A stretch of 32,257 nucleotides of DNA from Myxococcota bacterium (lineage in GTDB: Bacteria; Myxococcota; Myxococcia; Myxococcales; Myxococcaceae), in the NCBI GenBank assembly GCA_049322255.1, contig JBMORE010000031.1:1-32257 (forward strand), given 5' to 3'. A program made the position numbers and the translations under genes. This document shows positions 1 through 10,557 of this stretch, piece after piece; position 1 is the stretch's first letter, and the number at the start of each line of letters is the position of its first letter. Under the pieces are notes generated by a model. The model had not been told where the DNA came from. It searched no databases and saw only the letters and a program-made list of their open reading frames with translations.

Positions 1-630
1 GCCCAGGCCCGCGAGGAAGAGCTGGCGCGCCAGATGGCGGAGGCGAAAGCGACGCGTGAAGCCAAGGCGCGCGAAGCGGCCGAGGCGCTGGCCGTTGCCG
101 AAGGGCGTCCCCTGCCTCCAGCGAAACCGGCGCCCGCTCCCGCGCCGCCTCCCGTCTCCTCCGCCGTCTCCGCCTCCTCGGCACCCAAGCAGCCCTCGGC
201 CCCCGCGCCCAGCTCCTCTGCTCGCAGCACCGGGCTGGGCTTACGATTGCTCTACGTCCCGGAGGACCAGGTGATTGGGCCGGCCCTCGAGCTGGCGCTG
301 AACAACCAGAGCGGCGCTTCGCGGACGTCGGTGGTGCTCACCGCCTACCCGGGGCCCGACTGGGGCTTCGGCGCCTCCGCCCGCTTGGGTTTCGGCCCCT
401 CCTTGAGCTTCGGGCGTTTCGAGCTGGGCTTCGACATCGGCATGGTGCTCGTCCCGACCAAGCTCATCCTCGCCTACGAGGGCCAGGCTCACCTCTTGGG
501 CTTTTCTTTCCCCGCCGGGCCGGTGCGGCTGGTGCTTCGCCTTGCTTCAGTGGGGCTCTACGGAACGCTCACCACTGAGCCGATGGTGATGCGCGGAGCC
601 GTCTCCGCCGGCATGGCGGTGGAATACTGA
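1..630 (+). CDS. 5'-truncated hypothetical protein: coiled-coil, Pro/Ser-rich linker, C-terminal beta-strand-rich (possibly outer-membrane) domain
   Basis: Frame open from base 1 (AQAREEELARQMAEAK...) to TGA at 628-630; alternating hydrophobic/Gly strands and terminal aromatic residue (...GMAVEY). Confidence 0.7.
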   Translation, partial: AQAREEELARQMAEAKATREAKAREAAEALAVAEGRPLPPAKPAPAPAPPPVSSAVSASSAPKQPSAPAPSSSARSTGLGLRLLYVPEDQVIGPALELALNNQSGASRTSVVLTAYPGPDWGFGASARLGFGPSLSFGRFELGFDIGMVLVPTKLILAYEGQAHLLGFSFPAGPVRLVLRLASVGLYGTLTTEPMVMRGAVSAGMAVEY

Positions 631-642
631 AGGCAGGCCGCG

Positions 643-1365
643 ATGACGAATCTCCTTTTTCACCTCGTGCTTTTGTTGGCCGCAGCCCTCTCGGTGGGTG
701 CGCAGGTGACCTGCGGCGGCGCCCTGGTACGACTCGACCCGGCGGCCCCACGCTGCCCGCCTCGGATGGATGCCTGCGGCTCGGGGTGTATCGAGCTGGG
801 AAAAAGCTGCTGCGGCGGCGGGGAGGCGGTGTGCGGCTCGAGCGGTGGCGGCTCGCTCAGCGGGGAAAGCTGCCAACCCAACACCGGCAACACCTGCACC
901 TTCTCAGGGGGAGCCTCTCCCTCCAAGTATTGCTGCGGCGAAGGCGAGACGGTGGCGGGCAGCCAAGACATCCCCGATGACGTCACCTTCGACGGGGACC
1001 CCGGAGTCTTCTGCGGAAACACCGTGATTCGAGCGGGCGAGCCCTGCTGCAATTCGGTGGGTGAGTGCGGGGTGACGGGAATTCCGGGGGGAAGCAGCAG
1101 CTCGGGCGGTGGCGGAGGAGGAGGCAGCGTCAACGTGGGAGACGGCAGCTGCTCGAGCAACTCCGATTGTTCAGCCTTCGGTGCGCGCCACTGCAGCGGC
1201 TCCGCCAACACGCGCTGCGGCACCGACAACCTGTGCCGCTGCTGCCGCAACCTCTGCACCGGCAACACCTGCCGCTGCACCGACTGCGCTGGTTGCGAGG
1301 GTTCGCTGGAGATGTGCTTGCAGAGCGTCTGCGTCTTCCGCATGGGTGGCAAGACCACCGACTAA
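643..1365 (+). CDS. Secreted cysteine-rich protein
   Basis: Hydrophobic signal peptide (MTNLLFHLVLLLAAALSVGA), about 29 Cys in 240 aa, Gly/Ser linker; starts 12 nt after the upstream stop. Confidence 0.75.
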   Translation: MTNLLFHLVLLLAAALSVGAQVTCGGALVRLDPAAPRCPPRMDACGSGCIELGKSCCGGGEAVCGSSGGGSLSGESCQPNTGNTCTFSGGASPSKYCCGEGETVAGSQDIPDDVTFDGDPGVFCGNTVIRAGEPCCNSVGECGVTGIPGGSSSSGGGGGGGSVNVGDGSCSSNSDCSAFGARHCSGSANTRCGTDNLCRCCRNLCTGNTCRCTDCAGCEGSLEMCLQSVCVFRMGGKTTD

Positions 1366-1549
1366 CCGTTGACGGCTCCCGCCACCGAGACTCTTCACCG
1401 TCGCCGACTTGGTCACCGTACCTGCCCGTGAATTGCCCACGCGCCTGCGCTTCACGGCGTGGTTTCAGCAACTCGCTTTACGTGGTCGGCGATTGGCTGG
1501 TCCACCCCTCAGCTCAGGCGAAGCGCGGGGGCCGCTGAGTTCGCCTAAA

Positions 1550-2818
1550 GTGAACTGCGTGAATGAAGCACAGGCGCGTATTCGGCTCGAGGGAGCGATG
1601 GAGCGGCTCGAGGCAATCGAGCACCAGATGCGCGAGGCGAGTGCCCAGCTTCGGTCGCCCAAGTGGCGGACCGAGCTATTCAAGGTGCCCTATGCCGTCG
1701 ACGCCATCGTGCGCTCCGCAGCGGCGCTCGAAGCGGATCTCGAGCGTGCCCGCAAGCTCCAGGCGCAGGACCCCTCCGAAGATCTCCTCACGCTCCTCAA
1801 ACGGGTGGAGCAAGCAAGGCTCGACCTGCTCGCTTCAGCCCGCAAGCGCACCGGGCCGAAGCCCCCGAATTCCCTTGAGCCGCTGATGCGCGACGTTCAG
1901 CGGCGGGCGCACGCCGAGTTGCCGCGGCCGCTCGATCCCGGCGAGCACGTGGTGATGTCTGGCGGTTTCACACGCCAGTGGTGGAAAGCATCGCTCGCGT
2001 ACGGCGCCGGATTCGGTTTAATGCCGGTGCTCACCGGCTTCGCGCTCGAGCTCGGCGCGGGAGTCGCCAACGCCGCATGGCTCGCCGCCGTTCCCGGCCT
2101 CCTCGCGGCGTTCGCCACGTCTGTGCTCTTTCGGCGCGAAGCAGGCCGCTACGTGCTGACCACGCGGCGGCTGATCCACGAGCCCAGGCGCGCGGATCCA
2201 GTGGACGTCCCGCTCAGCGCAATCCCCCCTGGGGCGGTCCGGGTCACGGGCTTACCCGGGACGCTCGAGCTCGACACACCGCGCAGGCTCCGGCTTGTGG
2301 CCGCAGACCAGGCACAAGAACTGGCGACAGCCATCGAGCTCGAGCGGTGGCTCTTGAATCAGGACGCCGCACCTCCTGGCGCACCGCCCCGTTGGCGAGC
2401 GCATGTATTGCCCCAGGGCGGCGAGTCGGCCATCGTGACCGCGTACCTTTTGCTCACGCACGAGTCCTTCGTGGTCTTCCCCATCGCGTCGAATGACATC
2501 CGGTATCGCCTCGCCGGCGTCCTAGGCGCCGTGCCCCGGGTGCCGGTGACGCTGGAGCGACTCTGCCGGGCGATGGAGCGGCTCGATTCATCTCGAGCGA
2601 ACCGTGTGATCGAGGAGCTCGCGCGTGCGCTGGGCGTGACCGTAAGGCGCGACCGGCGAGTGCTGCGCAGGCGGCTCTGGGCGAACTTCTTCGGCTTCGA
2701 GCAAGACGGCAAGATTTTCTGGTTCTATCCCGCCTCCTACGACTCGGTGACGGCGCTGTCGGGCTTCGTGGCCGGCTGGGAGCACGTGCTCGTCCCCGAC
2801 GAACCCACTTTCAGATGA
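1550..2818 (+). CDS. Hypothetical membrane protein (helical N-terminus, two TM helices, bacterial PH-like segment)
   Basis: Long ORF; start uncertain (GTG 1550/1559 or a later ATG); two hydrophobic segments followed by RYVLTTRRLI, which resembles bacterial PH-domain proteins. Confidence 0.6.
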   Translation: MNCVNEAQARIRLEGAMERLEAIEHQMREASAQLRSPKWRTELFKVPYAVDAIVRSAAALEADLERARKLQAQDPSEDLLTLLKRVEQARLDLLASARKRTGPKPPNSLEPLMRDVQRRAHAELPRPLDPGEHVVMSGGFTRQWWKASLAYGAGFGLMPVLTGFALELGAGVANAAWLAAVPGLLAAFATSVLFRREAGRYVLTTRRLIHEPRRADPVDVPLSAIPPGAVRVTGLPGTLELDTPRRLRLVAADQAQELATAIELERWLLNQDAAPPGAPPRWRAHVLPQGGESAIVTAYLLLTHESFVVFPIASNDIRYRLAGVLGAVPRVPVTLERLCRAMERLDSSRANRVIEELARALGVTVRRDRRVLRRRLWANFFGFEQDGKIFWFYPASYDSVTALSGFVAGWEHVLVPDEPTFR

Positions 2819-2897
2819 CCGGCAGCCCTCGGGGGCGTTGAGGCGGCTCAGCTCCTCGGCAGAGAGCGAGAGCTGTGCGGCCTTCGCGTTGTCCTCC
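2808..2897 (-). repeat. Degenerate duplicate of the aldo/keto reductase 3' end (direct repeat of 3785-3893)
   Basis: 27-nt identical block (2871-2897 = 3867-3893), shared CTTTCAGATGACCGG; encodes EDNAKAAQLSLSAEEL and RGLPVI*, 19 nt shorter than the AKR copy. Confidence 0.9.
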
Positions 2898-2927
2898 CAG
2901 CTGAAGCTGATTGCGGCAGGCGCGCTG

Positions 2928-3268
2928 TCACTTTCGCGCATAGCGCCGGGCCACCTGCGCCAAAAAGCTCCTCAGCGCTCGGACGTGGCGCGGCAATTCC
3001 TCGTAGATCCGTTCGAACGACAGTTCGCCATAACGGTGAACGATGATGTTTCGCAGACCCGCGGCTTCCCGCAATGGCACCGCGAGCCGTGCTGACAGGC
3101 GACCCTTTTCTCGCAACAACTCAAACGCCTCGCCGTAGGTCTGCGCGGGCCCCCATCCCTCGTCACCTACGACGTGCATCGCGATGTCCAGGCAATCCGT
3201 TGCTCCGCCCTGGCCAGGTGATTGCGCGCGCTGGCGAGCTTGCGCGCGAGGACGGCGACATCAACCAT
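2928..3268 (-). pseudogene. hepT: HepT-like HEPN (DUF86) RNase toxin, frameshifted and probably internally deleted
   Basis: N-terminus MVDVAVLARKLASARNHLARAEQ is in one frame and DCLDIAMH...GLRNIIVHRY (RX4HXY motif) in another; junction near 3195-3200; start overlaps the upstream MNT stop. Confidence 0.8.
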
Positions 3269-3704
3269 GCCCTTCCTCGATGACGCGCTCCAGGAAGGCC
3301 TGGCGCACGCGAGACGCCATAGGTTCCATGTCTGCGTGCTCGATGAACGTCTCGGCCCTGAATCGGCCGAACTCGGCCGGCTCACGTGCCCACAGGAGCA
3401 CGCCATCTCGTGCAACGGCGAACCGAAGGCTGAGCGGAGCGGCTTTGAGGGGAACCAATTGAACCTGGCGGCCTGCAAAACGGGTCAATTCGGCCTCGGC
3501 GAGGAGAAGGCGCCGGTCGGGCAGCCGGATTGCCTTCCGTGTGCCTAGAGCGATGTCGATGTCGCTGTCGGGGCGCAACCCTCCTTTGGCTGCTGAGCCG
3601 AACAACGCCGCAAATCGAACGTCCGGGGCGCCGTGAAACGCGTCGGCAAGCTTTTTTCGCCACTTCCGCCAGGGGGCGGCGGCCTTCGACGTCGCGCGCA
3701 TCAT
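3261..3704 (-). CDS. mntA: MntA-like minimal nucleotidyltransferase antitoxin (type VII TA)
   Basis: LFGSAAKGGLRPDSDIDIA matches GSX10DXD; ~147 aa; lies directly upstream of and overlaps the HEPN gene. Confidence 0.85.
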   Translation of the reverse strand: MMRATSKAAAPWRKWRKKLADAFHGAPDVRFAALFGSAAKGGLRPDSDIDIALGTRKAIRLPDRRLLLAEAELTRFAGRQVQLVPLKAAPLSLRFAVARDGVLLWAREPAEFGRFRAETFIEHADMEPMASRVRQAFLERVIEEGHG

Positions 3705-3787
3705 CGGCTGACAAGCTACCCTGGTGGCGCATCGGCCGTACAGTTCCGTTGCTGCTGTGTCACCGCGCTCCTGTAGATTTTCGGCTT

Positions 3788-6318
<2,531 letters not shown>

Positions 6319-6333
6319 AAAGCGAGCCGACGA

Positions 6334-7158
6334 GTGATTTCGCTGTGCGGCCACAAAGTGGGAGCAGGGCAGCCGCTCTTCGTCATCGCCGGCCCGGACG
6401 TCATCGAGTCGGAGGCGATGGTCCTCTCCCACGCGCGCAAGGTGAAAGAGGTGTGCGAGCACCTGGCGGTGCCCTTCGCGTTCAAGTGCAGCTACGACAA
6501 GGCCAACCGTACCAGCGGCAAGGCCTTTCGCGGTCCCGGGTTGACGGAAGGCCTACGGGTGCTGGCGAAGGTCAAGCGCGAGGTGGGGGTGCCCATTCTC
6601 ACCGACGTGCACGAGGTGGCGCAGGTGGCTTTGGCCGCCGAGGTGGCCGACATGCTGCAAATCCCCGCCTTTCTCTGCCGGCAAACGGACTTGGTGGTGG
6701 CGGCGGCGAAGAGCGGCCGGGCGGTGAACCTCAAGAAAGGTCAGTTCGTCTCTCCCAAGGACATCGTCCACTCGGTGAAGAAAGCCGTGGACGCCGGCAA
6801 CCCCGACGTGCTCGTCACCGAGCGAGGGTCGTCGTTCGGCTACAACAACCTGGTGGTGGACATGCGGGGGTTTCTCCTCATGCGCGAAGCAGGGCTGACG
6901 GTTTGCTTCGATGCCACCCACTCGGTGCAGCTGCCCTCGGCGGGGGAAGGGGCGACGGCGGGGGAGCGTCAGTTCGTGCCCCTGCTCGCGCGCGCTGCGG
7001 CCGCTGCGGGCATCGACGCGCTCTTTGCCGAGGTGCACGAGAACCCCGAAGAAGCGCTGTGCGACGGCCCCTGCTCGCTCACCTTCGAGGGCTTCGAGCG
7101 CATGCTCCGCGAGGTGTTGGCAGTGCGCTCGGCGTTGGAGGCGGGAGGCGCCGGGTGA
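6334..7158 (+). CDS. kdsA: KDO 8-phosphate synthase
   Basis: DKANRTS, QIPAFLCRQTDL, KKGQF, FDATHSVQ; follows pyrG. Confidence 0.97.
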   Translation: MISLCGHKVGAGQPLFVIAGPDVIESEAMVLSHARKVKEVCEHLAVPFAFKCSYDKANRTSGKAFRGPGLTEGLRVLAKVKREVGVPILTDVHEVAQVALAAEVADMLQIPAFLCRQTDLVVAAAKSGRAVNLKKGQFVSPKDIVHSVKKAVDAGNPDVLVTERGSSFGYNNLVVDMRGFLLMREAGLTVCFDATHSVQLPSAGEGATAGERQFVPLLARAAAAAGIDALFAEVHENPEEALCDGPCSLTFEGFERMLREVLAVRSALEAGGAG

Positions 7159-7733
7159 GCGTGGAGAAGCCGGGGAGCGGCGAGCTTTTGGCCAAGGCCT
7201 CGGTCATCGAGGCGGTGGTGTTCGACGTCGACGGGGTGCTCACCGACGGCGGCCTCTTCTACGGCCCCACGGGCGAGGCGATGAAGCGCTTCGACGTCAA
7301 AGACGGCCACGGCATCGTGCTCGCCCATCTCACCGGACTGAAGGTGGCGGTGCTCACCGCGCGCACCTCTCCGATGGTGGAGCGACGCGCCCGGGAGCTG
7401 AAGCTGGCCGCCGTCTACCAGGGCCACAAGGACAAGGCGCAGGGGCTGGTCGCGCTCCTGGGCGAGCTGAAGGTAGCCGCGTCGGCGTGCGCCTACATGG
7501 GCGATGACTGGAACGACCTCGCCCCGATGCGGCTGAGCGGACTGCCGGCCTGTCCCGCCGACGCCGCCCCGGAGGTCCGCCAGGAGGCGCTCTTCGTCTC
7601 CCGGCAAATGGGGGGGCGGGGCGCAGCGCGCGAGCTCATCGAGCTGGTCTTACGGGCCACCGGCCGGTGGGAGCGCGCGATGAACATGATGAAGACAGGC
7701 GGGCTCGAACAGGATAGGACACGCCCGCGTTAG
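7155..7733 (+). CDS. kdsC: KDO 8-phosphate phosphatase (HAD family)
   Basis: FDVDGVLTDG, FDVKDG, YMGDDWND, GGRGAARE; GTGA overlap with kdsA. Confidence 0.93.
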   Translation: MSVEKPGSGELLAKASVIEAVVFDVDGVLTDGGLFYGPTGEAMKRFDVKDGHGIVLAHLTGLKVAVLTARTSPMVERRARELKLAAVYQGHKDKAQGLVALLGELKVAASACAYMGDDWNDLAPMRLSGLPACPADAAPEVRQEALFVSRQMGGRGAARELIELVLRATGRWERAMNMMKTGGLEQDRTRPR

Positions 7734-7753
7734 GTCGGAGAATCGAAAAATCC

Positions 7754-8332
7754 ATGGAACAGCTCTACACCACCCACGACATCAGCCGGCTCTTGCAGGT
7801 CGACCCGTCGACCGTCAGCAAGTGGATTGACCGGGGCATTCTGCTCGCCTTTCGCACGCCAGGTGGACACCGCCGCGTGCGGTCGGGTGACTTGCGCTCC
7901 TTTCTCATCGCCCACGAAATGCCGGTACCGGAGGAGCTGGGCGCCGGGCCGGTGAAGCTGGTGGTGGTGGACGACGAGAAGCCGGCGCTCGAAGCCATCA
8001 AGCGCGCCTTCAAGCCCTACGCCTCGCAGGTGGAGTTGGTGACTACCACCAGCGGAATCGACGCCATCCTTCTGGTGAGCGAGCTGCGGCCCCACGGCCT
8101 GCTCATCGACTTGAACATGCCCGAAATCGACGGCCTCGAGGTGGTGCGCCGGGTGAAGGGGCGCAAGCAGCTCGAGGGGGTGCGCCTGATGACCATGACC
8201 GGGCGCTACAACCAGGAGCTGGCCGAGGCCTCGGTGAAGGCGGGCGCCATCGCCTGCTTCCCCAAGCCGCTCGAAGTGGAGAAAGTGCTGGAGCTGTTCC
8301 GAGTGCCGCTGGCGCTGGGCGCCCGCCGCTGA
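7754..8332 (+). CDS. Response regulator with N-terminal MerR/excisionase-like HTH and C-terminal receiver
   Basis: YTTHDISRLLQVDPSTVSKW...RTPGGHRR HTH; receiver motifs VVDDE, IDLNMP, MTG, PKP. Confidence 0.9.
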   Translation: MEQLYTTHDISRLLQVDPSTVSKWIDRGILLAFRTPGGHRRVRSGDLRSFLIAHEMPVPEELGAGPVKLVVVDDEKPALEAIKRAFKPYASQVELVTTTSGIDAILLVSELRPHGLLIDLNMPEIDGLEVVRRVKGRKQLEGVRLMTMTGRYNQELAEASVKAGAIACFPKPLEVEKVLELFRVPLALGARR

Positions 8333-8339
8333 AAAAACC

Positions 8340-10069
8340 TCAGTCCCAGCACGCGTCCTGGCAGGTCGAAGCGCTTCCTCCGTCGAGCGCGCACACATCG
8401 CTTTGGCACTGGTTGCCGTTCGCGCAGCTCTCCCCGTCGGCGAGCAACGGCGAGCAGCCGCCGTCGGTGGAGCAGAAACCTCCCGCGCACTGGGCGTTGT
8501 TGCTGCACGGCTCTCCGGCCAGCCTCAACGCCGGTTGGCAAGTGTTACCGACGCAGGTGAGCAGGTTTTTGCAGGCCCCGTTGTTGGCGCAGGCTTCGCC
8601 GACGTCGGCGTAGGCGGTGCACAATCCGGTGAAGCCCGGGCCACCCGTCCCCACGCAGCGGGCGCCGAACACGCATTGGTCGGCCAGGGTGGAGCAGGTG
8701 CCTCCATCCGCGCCGAGCGCGCGCCGCGGGAAGCAGAGGTTGGCGGAGCAGAACTCCGTCTCCAGACAGAAGGGCGCGCCGCCGGTGAAGGCCTCCCCCG
8801 TGTCGCACTGTCGGCCGGGCTGGGAGTTGAACACCTTCACGCATGTGCCGTTCCCGGCCACGTTCGCACACACCAGCTGCGGGTTGCCCCGCCCGCGTAG
8901 GCATTGGCCGGCGTTGAGTGTGCAACCTTGACCCTCGGTTCTGCCCACTTCGCAGGTCCCCTGACCGAGCGGTGTTTGTGCCGCGCACACCCGGCCGGGG
9001 CCGCACTCCTCGTTGGAAAAACGGCTGCAGTTGGCACCGGGCGCGGTGTACGCGGTGCAAGTGCCGTTTTGCCCGTCGGGCCCTGGGCAAAAGGAGCTGG
9101 CGGGGTTGCACATCGCATCGCGGCGGCACGGTTGGCCGTTGGCTTGGTAGGCGGTGCACACCCCGCAGGCGAGAGCGCCGCCGGAGCAGAAGCCGTCGAT
9201 GCATTCCGAGTCGTCGGCGCAGGCGCCTCCGACCGCGGTGTTGGGAATGACGAAGGGAGCGCCCTCGCAGAGGGTAAAGGCCTGGTTCAAGTCGCGCACG
9301 CAGGTGGCGGATGGGTGGGCGGCGGCGATGCAGGCGTCGTATGCCGCCGCGTCGAGCATCGCGCGGCCCTGCCGCCAGCCTTCCGCGCCGATGACGCAAC
9401 CGGGGTCGGCGGCCTCGCGCGCCTCGCACTTGGCCCGCTCGCTGGCGGCCACCGAGTCGTTGATGCGTCCCTGGTTGTTGGGGTTGCCCTGCGGGTCGTC
9501 TCCCTCGGTGCGGCAACGAATCCAATAGTCGCAGCGCCTTTTGGCCAGGTCGAGGCAGACGCTGGAGGGGGTGACACCGGCGTCGGAGGTACTGCCACCA
9601 TCGAAACCGCCGCCGCCGTCGAGCACCGTTCCACCATCGGCTTCGCCGCCGTCGGTGTCGCCCGGACACAGACAGGCACACTCCCAGGCGCCCTCGAGAC
9701 ACTGGTCGTTGGCGGTGCACTCGCTGGGGCAGGCGCNNNNNNNNNNNNNNNNNNNNNNNNNNNNNNNNNNNNNNNNNNNNNNNNNNNNNNNNNNNNNNNN
9801 NNNNNNNNNNNNNNNNNNNNNNNNNNNNNNNNNNNNCCGCCGCCGTCGAGCACCGTTCCACCATCGGCTTCGCCGCCGTCGGTGTCGCCCGGACACAGAC
9901 AGGCACACTCCCAGGCGCCCTCGAGACACTGGTCGTTGGCGGTGCACTCGCTGGGGCAGGCGCCGCAGGGCGATGCTGTGCAGTCGGTGGCTGGATTGAC
10001 GTTGCCGCAGTTGCAGCCAGAGAAAAGGAGCAGCAGGGTGGACAAGAACGTACGGGAGATGGGCCGCAT
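8340..10069 (-). CDS. Cys-rich lipoprotein (spans the assembly gap; ~500 aa after collapsing the duplicated flank)
   Basis: Lipobox-like LLLFSGC after MRPISRTFLST; repeated CxxDxxC-type modules; removing 100 N plus the 127-nt duplicate gives 1503 nt in frame. Confidence 0.8.
9737..9836. other. Assembly gap (100 N) with identical 127-nt sequences on both sides
   Basis: 9610-9736 is identical to 9837-9963. Confidence 0.95.
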
Positions 10070-10089
10070 GGGTCCGCAGTGTACGACGC

Positions 10090-10180
10090 CCCCTCTCCCT
10101 CTGGGAGAGGGATGGGGTGAGGGGCGCGAGCTCGTCAGGTGGACGCCCCTCACCCTTCCCCTCTCCCAAGGGGAGAGGGA
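10090..10180. repeat. Inverted doublet of REP-like palindromes (CCCTCACCC..CCCTCTCCC-n-GGGAGAGGG family)
   Basis: Two inverted copies at 10090-10126 and 10144-10180 with a short spacer; each holds a CCCTCTCCC/GGGAGAGGG stem. Confidence 0.85.
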
Positions 10181-10548
10181 CGGAAGTGGATGCGTGGAAG
10201 CAGCGCCGGGTCGTAGTCGCGGCGGTTGGCGGCCGAAAGGCGGGCGGCCTCTTCGCGCCAGCGGGCCACTTCCGAAAGCAGCGCCTCCACCTCCACCCCG
10301 TGCGCGCGAGGACGAAAGGGCTGAAGCTTTCTTTCCCCCGCCAAAAGCAGCTTCACCGTGCCCTGCGGGGAGCCGGTCTGCAGCTTGTAGAAGCCGGCGG
10401 CCACTTGGATGAGCCCCTGGAGCAGCAGGCGGTCGTCGGAGAGCTCCTCGGCCCAGGCCGCCTCCCACACCTCATGCGCCTCGTAGAACTCTTGCCGGTT
10501 GAAGAGCTCGACCCCGCGCTGCAGATGCTCCTGGAAGCGGGCGCGCAA
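10150..10548 (-). CDS. DUF309 family protein
   Basis: GVELFN..EFYEAHEVWE..W and LQGLIQVAAG signature; TTG start 9 nt after the kinase stop. Confidence 0.88.
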   Translation of the reverse strand: MRARFQEHLQRGVELFNRQEFYEAHEVWEAAWAEELSDDRLLLQGLIQVAAGFYKLQTGSPQGTVKLLLAGERKLQPFRPRAHGVEVEALLSEVARWREEAARLSAANRRDYDPALLPRIHFRPSPLGRGEG

Positions 10549-10557
10549 ACGATTTGG

